Of a stretch of 43,997 bases of DNA, positions 26,352 to 33,487 are shown in pieces. The position numbers and the translations under genes were made by a program. The notes under the pieces are model-generated. The model ran no database searches. It saw only the letters and a list, made by a program, of their open reading frames with translations, and was not told the DNA's origin. The stretch's first letter is position 1. The number at the start of each line of letters is the position of its first letter. The stretch is from an uncultured bacterium. GTDB lineage: Bacteria > Patescibacteriota > Minisyncoccia > Phycocordibacterales > Phycocordibacteraceae. The stretch spans positions 1 to 43,997 of the forward strand of contig CALUBY010000002.1 in the NCBI GenBank assembly GCA_943914435.1, written 5' to 3'.

Positions 26352-26450
26352 TTAGCGCACCCGACGAGAAAAGCGTTTCTTTATAACGCCCCAGGCAATG
26401 CGTCCGATTATGAGAAGCCCTATTTTACGAAGATAATTCATGTACCTCAT
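26352..26450 (-). CDS. Candidate 32-aa basic/hydrophobic peptide (MRYMNYLRKIGLLIIGRIAWGVIKKRFSRRVR)
   Basis: It is below the ORF-track cutoff. A GAGAGGAA motif lies 7 nt upstream of the ATG. Its stop is 9 nt before the SGNH hydrolase start. Confidence 0.25.
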   Translation of the reverse strand: MRYMNYLRKIGLLIIGRIAWGVIKKRFSRRVR

Positions 26451-26481
26451 ACTATCGTTCCTCTCATGAAGCACTCATGAC

Positions 26482-26513
26482 AAAAAGAGCCCGGGATATA
26501 CCCGGGCTCTTTT
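26482..26513 (-). terminator. Intrinsic terminator after the DoxX gene
   Basis: AAAAGAGCCCGGG-UAUAU-CCCGGGCUCUUUU followed by U-rich sequence. Confidence 0.85.
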
Positions 26514-26530
26514 ATGGCCTTTCGCAGACG

Positions 26531-26953
26531 CTACTTCAACACGGTGCGGTCGAGGGACCACTTGCCTCCTCCAGAAAGAACGAGCGCGATGCTCGCTGCA
26601 AGAAGAAGGAATACGTACTCGTATCCGCCGGTCGCCATTGAGAAGCCGTTTGGAAGGTGCACAAGCACCACCGCAACGAGCGCCACAAATCCAGTGAATA
26701 TCGCTGACCAGCGCGTAAAGAGGCCGAGGATAAGAAGGATACCGCCACCAAGCTCTGCAGCAATAAGAAGTACCGCAAAGAGCTCAGGCATAGGGAAGCC
26801 GATTGACTGAACAAGACCTGCAGTGCCTGCAAGTCCGCCCTGAAGCTTCTGCCAGCCATGGAAGGCGAATATGATACCCGTAGCAACACGAAGTACGAGA
26901 GGCGCGTAGTCGCTCCATGCCTCCATGCCCGATAAGGTGATAAATTTCTTCAT
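26531..26953 (-). CDS. DoxX family membrane protein
   Basis: 140 aa with four TM helices and RVATGIIFAFHGWQKL. Confidence 0.8.
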   Translation of the reverse strand: MKKFITLSGMEAWSDYAPLVLRVATGIIFAFHGWQKLQGGLAGTAGLVQSIGFPMPELFAVLLIAAELGGGILLILGLFTRWSAIFTGFVALVAVVLVHLPNGFSMATGGYEYVFLLLAASIALVLSGGGKWSLDRTVLK

Positions 26954-27035
26954 AAGAATAGGTAAATGGATAACACCTTTATTGTACCCCGTTCTTCACG
27001 AAGCAATCCGGGGACAGTGCACATCCTTGAATTCC

Positions 27036-27278
27036 CTATACAAGCGCACGTTTCTCCTCTCGGGAAAGCTTTTTAATACCTGCTTCCCGTACACACGCTT
27101 CACTCCTGCTTGGATACTGCTCGTAATAGTAAAGCGATACCGGCCGTCTGGCTCGGGTATATTTTGCACCTTTTATCGAATCATTATGTTCTTCAACCCG
27201 ACGCGTAAGGTCGGTGGTAACACCGGTATAAAGCGTGCCATCTGCGCACGAAAGAATATATACAAACCAATCCTTCAT
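27036..27278 (-). CDS. Small GIY-YIG nuclease-domain protein
   Basis: 80 aa with WFVYILSCADGTLYTGVTTDLTRRVEEHN. Confidence 0.85.
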   Translation of the reverse strand: MKDWFVYILSCADGTLYTGVTTDLTRRVEEHNDSIKGAKYTRARRPVSLYYYEQYPSRSEACVREAGIKKLSREEKRALV

Positions 27279-27328
27279 TACCCGTAAGTGTACACGGTCA
27301 GGTAATCGTCCCTATGCGGCGTCCGTTT

Positions 27329-28816
27329 TTACTTTGCGAGGTCGAGCACCTCATCAATACGAATCTGCTCTACAAACTCGGGCACGTGAGAGACAAGCAC
27401 CATGGCACCCTCGTACTGATCAAGTGCTTTTGCAATCACCGGAATATGACGGAAGTTAATGTGGTTCGTCGGCTCGTCGAGGATAAGGAGACCAGGCTGC
27501 ATGAGTACAAGACGAGCAAACGCGACAAGTCCCTTCTGTCCCTCTGAAAGAGTACCCACCTTCTTGTTGATTGAGTCACTCGTGATGATGAAACTTGCGG
27601 CGGTCTTTCGCATGAGTTCCTCGTTTGGCTTATCCATCGCCTGCAGAAGAGACTCGCGTACCGTGTGTTCAAAGTTGAGTGTTGAAAAGTCCTGGCGATA
27701 GTAGCCGACTTTTACGTTCTTCGAAATGGTAGCGCCTTTGGCGGTACCATTTGCCATCGATTCAAGAAGTGTTGTCTTGCCAATACCGTTTGGCCCCTTA
27801 AGCAACAGGTGCTGCTTCTTCTTCATGACAATGTTCGCAGACTTCTCTTTTGGCTTATGGGTCTTTGGATCAATGATTGAAAGCGAAGTAATAGTGAGTA
27901 CTTCACCCATAAGATCCTCCTGAACAGGAATAACAAACGGACGAATGGTCTTGTCCTCTTTGCGAACATCAACTTTGGATTCTTCCATCTCTTCAATTTC
28001 GTCACGCATTTTCTTTGCTACCACACGCATCTTTCCTCCCTTCTGTGCAAAGAAGTTCGCCTTGTCCTTATTGTCCTGAATACGCTTTTCGAGCTGAGCG
28101 TTCTTACGGTTCTCGCGCTCAATACGTGCAGAAATCTCTTTCAGGAGATCATAGTAGTTACCCACATACTGTTCTACCTTCTTTGTATGCACATCAAGAT
28201 AGAGCACACCGTCTGAGAAAGAGTTCAAAAACTCTGCGTCATGGGAAATAACCATGCAGGTTTTTTCGTAGTTCAAGAGGAACTTCGTGAGGTGCTGAAT
28301 ACCCGCAGTATCAAGGTTGTTTGTTGGCTCATCAAGAAGGAGGAGGTCGGGGTCTTGAATAATCGCTGACGCAAGGAGAAGACGAGCCTGTTGACCACCC
28401 GAGAAGCTTTTAATGATGCGATCATGGGGCGCATGCAGGTTCACCACCTCAAGCACGGCATCAATCTTTGGATCAATGTCATAGACCTTCTCGGGAAAAC
28501 GCTTCTCAAAGAATGCGCGAATCGTAAGGTCTCGGTCTTCAGGAACAATAGTCTGGCTTGAGAGAGCTACCGTTGTTCCGCGTGGAATCTGAATTTTCCC
28601 GCTTTCAGGCTGGTACTCGCCGGTAATGAGTTTAAAAAGCGTCGACTTGCCGGCACCATTCTGACCCATAAGCGTCACCTTCATTCCTTTGCGCAAAGAG
28701 AAGTTCACCTGGTCAACAATGGGGTAATTATGCCCGTAATTAAACGAAACATCTTCAAAACGCAGGACCGCTTCCTGCGGTCCATTGTTTGCTTTTGCTG
28801 GTGCGTTCGGCGCCAT
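27329..28816 (-). CDS. ABC-F family ATPase (two ABC cassettes, no TM domain)
   Basis: Walker A GQNGAGKST and GPNGIGKTT, signatures FSGGQQARL and LSEGQKGLV, and a charged inter-domain linker. Confidence 0.9.
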   Translation of the reverse strand: MAPNAPAKANNGPQEAVLRFEDVSFNYGHNYPIVDQVNFSLRKGMKVTLMGQNGAGKSTLFKLITGEYQPESGKIQIPRGTTVALSSQTIVPEDRDLTIRAFFEKRFPEKVYDIDPKIDAVLEVVNLHAPHDRIIKSFSGGQQARLLLASAIIQDPDLLLLDEPTNNLDTAGIQHLTKFLLNYEKTCMVISHDAEFLNSFSDGVLYLDVHTKKVEQYVGNYYDLLKEISARIERENRKNAQLEKRIQDNKDKANFFAQKGGKMRVVAKKMRDEIEEMEESKVDVRKEDKTIRPFVIPVQEDLMGEVLTITSLSIIDPKTHKPKEKSANIVMKKKQHLLLKGPNGIGKTTLLESMANGTAKGATISKNVKVGYYRQDFSTLNFEHTVRESLLQAMDKPNEELMRKTAASFIITSDSINKKVGTLSEGQKGLVAFARLVLMQPGLLILDEPTNHINFRHIPVIAKALDQYEGAMVLVSHVPEFVEQIRIDEVLDLAK

Positions 28817-28857
28817 AGTCTTCCTATCCTACACTATTTGTGTCGTATTGATAAGTC

Positions 28858-30105
28858 TTAGGCGTGTATCCCAGCAACGTACCCTGTCGTCCAGCACAGC
28901 TGCAGCGAATATCCTCCGGTTGGTCGCTTAATATTTAAAAGGTCTCCGATTACAAACAAGTTTGAGCAGACCGTTGAACGCATCGTCTTCATATCAATTT
29001 CCTTGAGCGTAACGCCTCCATCAGCAACGACCGCACGCGAAAGTCCCATGAGTCCGGTGATAGTAAGCGGGAGCGCCTTAAGCAGCTCTGCAATACGACG
29101 ACGTTCTTCCTTTGTAATGGAATGCACTCTTTTATCCTTATCAATATTTGGGATGAGCGTAAGAATGGCCTCACTCGTTCCCGCTGGCACGAACTGTCTC
29201 AAAGCATTTTGAAGCTCTTTGTTTTTGTTTTGATCAAAGATAGACGCAATGTGCTTATCAAGCACTCCAAGATCCATACCCGGATACACATCAATAGCAG
29301 CCGTTACTTCCCCTTCCTGCATAAGGTCAGAGATGGTGCCTGCCGCGTTCAAAATGAGCGGACCCGATATACCAAAGTGCGTAAGAAGAACGTCTCCTTT
29401 AAGTACAAGCTTCTTTAATCCCTGTACATAAACAGTCATGCGTATGTCCTTCAGAGTTGTTCCTGCAAGTGACTTCACCCATGCGTCTGAAACCTTAAGA
29501 GGCACGATGGTTGGAGTAGGGTCCGTTACGGTGTGACCCGCATCCGTAAGCCACCTAAACCCGTCTCCCGTTGAACCTGTTTCTGGATGAGAAACACCGC
29601 CGGTCGCAAACACATACGAACGCGCCGTGTATTCTTTTCCTCCCATAAGAACAGAGTCTATTTTTCCATTTGAAACATACACGCGCGCAACCGGAAGTCC
29701 TGTGCGTATATCAACTCCCTGTGCCTTAACGTATGCAAAGAGCGCTGCCGTCACATCAGCGGCGTCTTGCGTAACAGGAAAAGCACGCTTCTTTGCTTCT
29801 ACATAGGTAGGCACCTCAATACCTTCAAAAAAGGCCTCCGCATCTTTCATACCAAATTGGGAAAAGGGTGAGTGCAAGAAATTGGCAGAGTCTCCAAAGT
29901 GACTGAGTAGTGTTCGCTCATCTTCTTCTGCGTTCCATATATTGCAGCGTCCTCCTCCGGTTATAGAAAGCTTCTCGCCAAGCTTTTTATTCTTTTCGAT
30001 AAGAAGCACCTTCTTTCCCTGGGTCGCAGCAGTACCCGCCGCCATCATTCCGGCAGCACCACCCCCAACGACAATGACGTCGTAATCGTAGGCAGTTTTA
30101 GACAT
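28858..30105 (-). CDS. HI0933/YhiN-like FAD-dependent oxidoreductase
   Basis: 415 aa with Rossmann motif VIVVGGGAAGMMAAG and the family-typical GGGRCN. Confidence 0.85.
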   Translation of the reverse strand: MSKTAYDYDVIVVGGGAAGMMAAGTAATQGKKVLLIEKNKKLGEKLSITGGGRCNIWNAEEDERTLLSHFGDSANFLHSPFSQFGMKDAEAFFEGIEVPTYVEAKKRAFPVTQDAADVTAALFAYVKAQGVDIRTGLPVARVYVSNGKIDSVLMGGKEYTARSYVFATGGVSHPETGSTGDGFRWLTDAGHTVTDPTPTIVPLKVSDAWVKSLAGTTLKDIRMTVYVQGLKKLVLKGDVLLTHFGISGPLILNAAGTISDLMQEGEVTAAIDVYPGMDLGVLDKHIASIFDQNKNKELQNALRQFVPAGTSEAILTLIPNIDKDKRVHSITKEERRRIAELLKALPLTITGLMGLSRAVVADGGVTLKEIDMKTMRSTVCSNLFVIGDLLNIKRPTGGYSLQLCWTTGYVAGIHA

Positions 30106-30442
30106 GGCCCCATACTGCTAACTCGTTTCCTGCAGGATCGAGGAAATGAAAACGCTTTCCACCAGGGAACTCAAATATCGGCTTGGTAATAGTGCCTCCG
30201 CATAATTCGACATTCGCGAGAGTACTCTCAAGATCATCGGAGAAAAGAATAACAAGCGCGCCACCTTGTACAGGGGTTTCGCCTTTTTCAAACCCACCAT
30301 CAAGCGCGCCATCATTGAACGCTACATACGTAGGACCAAAGTCAGTAAAGCTCCACTCGAAAGCTTTTGTATAAAACTTTTTTATCGCCTCAAGATCCGG
30401 TGCCTGGAACTCGATGTAATTGATGCGGTTCGGGACGTTCAT
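30098..30442 (-). CDS. VOC (glyoxalase/bleomycin-resistance fold) family protein
   Basis: 114 aa that starts and ends in the way typical of VOC proteins (IEFQAPDLEAIKKFY...GNELAVW). Confidence 0.75.
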   Translation of the reverse strand: MNVPNRINYIEFQAPDLEAIKKFYTKAFEWSFTDFGPTYVAFNDGALDGGFEKGETPVQGGALVILFSDDLESTLANVELCGGTITKPIFEFPGGKRFHFLDPAGNELAVWGHV

Positions 30443-30483
30443 AAGGACACAATACCTTGATTACGGCAAATGTGCCATGGTCC

Positions 30484-30858
30484 CTATATTCGCTTTAAAC
30501 GGTTCTTCTTAATGAGCGCATTCTCCTCAACACGGAAGCTCGTGATCTTTGCAATGAGTTCATAGGGTAGTGGCTCATCAATAGGAAACTTTACGGTCCC
30601 TTTTGCGCCTCCATAACGAGCAAGTTCCTTCTTAAAGGAATGAATACCTCCTGGCCCTGGATAAAAACCAATGTGATTTTTAAATGCCCCAAAGTGCACC
30701 AGGTTCCCATCCTGCACAAAGGTAGGAATGCCATACTTAACAGCCTCGGTCGCCTTTGGTGCTGCACGCTGTATGGTTGTGCGCAGTGTTTGGAGGGTTT
30801 CTTGCACGTCCTTTGGAAAGGAGTCTATGTACTCGTCTATGGTTCGAAACGTTTTCAT
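30484..30858 (-). CDS. DUF1801/YdhG-like protein
   Basis: MKTFRTIDEYIDSFPKDVQETLQTLR... The start was moved to the internal ATG, which removes the overlap with the upstream gene. Confidence 0.7.
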   Translation of the reverse strand: MKTFRTIDEYIDSFPKDVQETLQTLRTTIQRAAPKATEAVKYGIPTFVQDGNLVHFGAFKNHIGFYPGPGGIHSFKKELARYGGAKGTVKFPIDEPLPYELIAKITSFRVEENALIKKNRLKRI

Positions 30859-30877
30859 GAGGAAACTATAGCAATCA

Positions 30878-31270
30878 TTACGGGTGCTTCTTGCCCTGCG
30901 CAAGCAACGTGCACGCTTTTTGTATTCGGCGCTCATGCGCCTCAGTCCCCTTTTCCGCGTTTACCCAGTCAGTAAAGTTGCGGCGCTCGTCCGGCGTGAG
31001 TTCTTTCCATGTCGCTTTCGCTTTAGGGTTCTTTGAAAGAGCTGTGTAGAGTCCCATAGGCACTACCGCATAACAACAAGGACGACGCTTTCCGCTTATA
31101 AGTTTGTCGCACGCAACGTCAATGCGACGCTTTCGAGTTTCAAGCTGCTTAGCCGATTCTATCCAGCTAATAAAATCTCTGCGTGCAATAGGCGTGAGCG
31201 TATCCCACTGCACTTTTGCGAGCGGTTTGCTCAGAAGTGCCTTACGAAAATCAGTCGGTATCGATGTCAT
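30878..31270 (-). CDS. YdeI/OmpD-associated family protein
   Basis: 130 aa containing a duplicated motif (W..LTP..RR.F..W...AK..ETR.RRI). Confidence 0.7.
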   Translation of the reverse strand: MTSIPTDFRKALLSKPLAKVQWDTLTPIARRDFISWIESAKQLETRKRRIDVACDKLISGKRRPCCYAVVPMGLYTALSKNPKAKATWKELTPDERRNFTDWVNAEKGTEAHERRIQKACTLLAQGKKHP

Positions 31271-31404
31271 AGCTAGGTTCGTACGTATATATAGGTAGAA
31301 ACAGTATCGAGCGACATAATACCTCTAGCGTAGCATTCTCACACTTGAGTAACATGCATATACGCTATTCGACTCAGGCGTACCGTATATGGTACGTTTG
31401 CACC

Positions 31405-31622
31405 GGACACTTGAGCAACAAGGGAGGCCAGTACGGTCGGATCAGCATGCCGACCCAAATACCTTCCTTGGCCAGGTACTATGAAACGAGCGGTTGTATC
31501 CGGTGCTTTGCTTTTTGGACAGTAAAGTATCGCATCCCGCCACGTCAGCCTCAACGAGAGCAGCAAGTACCTGGTGCTCAAGTGTCCACCCCAACCAAGC
31601 GCGCTTCACAGCGCGCTTTTTT
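31405..31622 (+). ncRNA. Unclassified structured RNA: tight three-way junction (P1 13 bp, P2 9 bp, P3 9 bp) plus intrinsic terminator
   Basis: P1 pairs 31405-31417 with 31575-31587 (perfect). P2 pairs 31419-31427 with 31462-31470 (one G:U). P3 pairs 31472-31480 with 31566-31574 (perfect). Linkers are 1, 1 and 0 nt. An inner hairpin pairs 31435-31440 with 31450-31455. The terminator AGCGCGCU-UCAC-AGCGCGCU plus U6 is at 31598-31622. Confidence 0.65.
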
Positions 31623-31753
31623 CATGGCACCAAAGAGAACATGAAAAACTCGTTTTAGAACAAGGACTACTAGCAAAACACTCAGTATCAGGTAGTCTGC
31701 TATCAGAGCAGGAACGGTCCTGCAAACAGTTCACCCATACAAGGAGTGTGGAG

Positions 31754-32245
31754 ATGAAAATTAGTATCATCATTGCGTGCCTGATTCTTGTTTGGGCTAT
31801 CTACCGGCACTTCCGTACCCGATATATTGGTTTCGGATGGGTTCTTGAGTATCGAGAGGACACTCACGACGTTATCGTGAGCTCGAGGCTTCTGAATGGC
31901 CCGGCAGGAAAGGTTGGCATCAACAACAACAGTATTCTTCTTGAGTACGATGGCGTACCCATGCGCTTCGCCTCCGAAGAAGAGTGGGCAGCGTTTTTTG
32001 CCAACCGACCAAAACTGAAGCCGGGGATGTCTCGACGCTTTCTGCTCAAACAAGGAGACGCTGTGCTCAATGTTGAAATGAAAGCCTGTGTTATTCATGG
32101 TGGCGTGCCGATGTATCATGCCCCAACCCCACGTCATCAACGGAAATTCGACGTTGTATATGGAATGGGCAGATGCAAGAAAACGGGTCTATTGTACGAG
32201 ACCACACGGCCCAATTGGGCGTGGAGTTCTCTTCGTGGGTCGTAA
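31754..32245 (+). CDS. Membrane-anchored PDZ-like domain protein
   Basis: AAGGAG lies 8 nt before the ATG at 31754. The protein has a TM helix (ISIIIACLILVWAIY), a PDZ-like loop and core (YIGFGWVL...LLNGPAGKVGINNNSILLEYDGVPM). The longer track ORF overlaps the RNA and its terminator. Confidence 0.7.
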   Translation: MKISIIIACLILVWAIYRHFRTRYIGFGWVLEYREDTHDVIVSSRLLNGPAGKVGINNNSILLEYDGVPMRFASEEEWAAFFANRPKLKPGMSRRFLLKQGDAVLNVEMKACVIHGGVPMYHAPTPRHQRKFDVVYGMGRCKKTGLLYETTRPNWAWSSLRGS

Positions 32246-32264
32246 TACTCACCTATCACTAAGC

Positions 32265-32300
32265 GAAAGTCGCTCAACTCTGTTGGGCGACTTCTTTTTA
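32265..32300 (+). terminator. Intrinsic terminator
   Basis: GAAAGTCGCTCAAC-TCT-GTTGGGCGACTTC followed by TTTTT. Confidence 0.7.
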
Positions 32301-32373
32301 ATGAGGTATTCCAGGTAGCACTGGAGCTTTTTGCGCTACGTGTTATGTTTCCGTACAGAAAGAGGAGGTGTCC

Positions 32374-32886
32374 ATGAATTCCATACGAAGATTGTTTCAG
32401 CGTAAGAAATTACCTGAATCTAGTTCGGGTCTCCCAATCAAAGAGACCATTCAGGTCTTTGGGGGATGTGGCCATCCGGGTCCACGAAAAAATTTAGAGA
32501 TCCGTATATTTGGATACCCGGCAACGGTATTTGAATCCCCCTCATGTGCCGCATGCACCGAGGTGCGATTCAATGAGTGCAGTACGCATTGTGCTGGGTG
32601 CGAGTATCCAATTATGCCAGGCGAACCAGTGGCAGCATCGTGGGTTGATGCTGCCCATCCCTATACGCACATGTCGAGCAAATGCGGTAATCCGGATTTC
32701 TATGCAGGAGTATGGGGAGCCGGAGTACTTATTGGACTCGAAGAACTGCACCCCGAAATCTTTGGACCGAAATTCATTAACGATCTTTTACTGCCACCGA
32801 TTGCTCGGTGGCTTTTTTGTCTGGTTACTGCTCTCAGCAGGTATGCAATTTTCAGAATAGTACCTATGATTTCTATCGAAACTTGA
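32374..32886 (+). CDS. Cys-rich hypothetical protein with hydrophobic C-terminal tail
   Basis: AGGAGG lies 5 nt before the ATG at 32374. Cys clusters are GGCGHPG, SPSCAACTEVRFNECSTHCAGCEYP and KCGNPDF. The tail is IARWLFCLVTALSRYAIFRIV. Confidence 0.6.
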   Translation: MNSIRRLFQRKKLPESSSGLPIKETIQVFGGCGHPGPRKNLEIRIFGYPATVFESPSCAACTEVRFNECSTHCAGCEYPIMPGEPVAASWVDAAHPYTHMSSKCGNPDFYAGVWGAGVLIGLEELHPEIFGPKFINDLLLPPIARWLFCLVTALSRYAIFRIVPMISIET

Positions 32887-32990
32887 GGAGTCTAGGACAC
32901 CCCCTTTGGAGGGTTCGTGCCCATGACTCGTTCTTAAAATGCTTTACAAAATATAGCGATTTTAAGAGTCTCGATAGCTCTCACATGGCT

Positions 32991-33007
32991 GCTGGCAGTC
33001 TGGGACG
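32991..33007. repeat. 17-nt direct repeat, copy 1 (GCTGGCAGTCTGGGACG)
   Basis: 16 of 17 nt are identical to 33304-33320. The pair brackets the 62-aa gene and its terminator. Confidence 0.6.
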
Positions 33008-33063
33008 ATGTTGGAACCCTTGTGCAACGTATGGTACGTTCTGTCTAGACAAGGAGAATATTA

Positions 33064-33252
33064 ATGGGTACTCATCCAACTGACAAAAGAAGTGGCGTCG
33101 TGACCGATGATGGTGCGAAGCACGCCGAGAGGAACATTTACAGAGCGCGTGATCCAAAACCGCTTCCTGAAGAGTCACCTGACACCGCTTTCAGCAAGGA
33201 GCAGAAAGAGCGGGCCTGGAACCTGATAAGGCCGGACCACACCGGCAAGTAA
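33064..33252 (+). CDS. Small hydrophilic 62-aa protein
   Basis: AAGGAG lies 8 nt before the ATG and the gene has its own terminator. No motif is recognised. Confidence 0.5.
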   Translation: MGTHPTDKRSGVVTDDGAKHAERNIYRARDPKPLPEESPDTAFSKEQKERAWNLIRPDHTGK

Positions 33253-33258
33253 ATATAT

Positions 33259-33300
33259 CGCGTACGGGAAACTGCTCCTTGTGCGCGGTTTCTCTTTTTT
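33259..33300 (+). terminator. Intrinsic terminator
   Basis: CGCGTAC...GTGCGCG stem followed by GTTTCTCTTTTTT. Confidence 0.6.
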
Positions 33301-33303
33301 GTT

Positions 33304-33320
33304 GCTGACAGTCTGGGACG
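33304..33320. repeat. 17-nt direct repeat, copy 2 (GCTGACAGTCTGGGACG)
   Basis: See 32991-33007. It is followed 3 nt later by hairpin repeat copy 2. Confidence 0.6.
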
Positions 33321-33323
33321 TGG

Positions 33324-33346
33324 GAAATGGGGCCAGTCACCATTTC
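33324..33346. repeat. 23-nt hairpin repeat, copy 2
   Basis: GAAATGGGGCCAGTCACCATTTC, compared with GAAATGGGGACAGGCACCATTTC at 46-68. Confidence 0.6.
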
Positions 33347-33428
33347 TGAGAAGCGGAACTAGTACGATAATGGTATCGCGCAGTAAGTAACAATGTACCC
33401 ACACTATTAGCTACGAGCGGAAAATATA

Positions 33429-33476
33429 TGCTAGTATCCCCTTGCTAGGAATCGCGTTGGGCGATTCTGTTCTTTT
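33429..33476 (+). promoter_or_regulatory. Extended -10 (TGCTAGTAT) followed by a terminator-like leader hairpin just before the start codon
   Basis: TG at 33429-33430 and TAGTAT at 33432-33437. The hairpin GAATCGC-GTTGG-GCGATTC is at 33449-33467, followed by TGTTCTTTT. The ATG is at 33488. Confidence 0.4.
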
Positions 33477-33487
33477 GGAAGAGCGAC

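Noticed and set aside
31405-31587. Identification of the structured RNA as a cobalamin, TPP or 6S RNA
   Set aside because: Only scattered resemblances are present (AGGGAGGCCAGU, CCCGCCAC, GAUCAGCAUGCC). The B12 box, the CUGAGA/TPP core and the long single-hairpin 6S architecture are all absent. The fold is a three-way junction.
31339-31644. 80-aa (minus) and 99-aa (plus) ORFs, and the first 60 codons of the 223-aa ORF
   Set aside because: They overlap the nested helices and the terminator of the structured RNA and have no SD. The downstream gene has a proper AAGGAG-ATG start at 31754.
32272-32290. Integron attC-like core sites (GCTCAAC ... GTTGGGC)
   Set aside because: The two motifs are only 3 nt apart and simply form the two arms of a terminator stem. 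Real attC sites separate R'' and R' by tens of nt with extrahelical bases. No intI gene is present.
33012-33027. Sigma54-like -24/-12 element TGGAACCCTTGTGCAA upstream of the 62-aa gene
   Set aside because: The GG-to-GC spacing is one nt shorter than the strict TGGCAC-N5-TTGC geometry. It occurs only once, and there is no evidence for rpoN or an enhancer-binding protein in the window.
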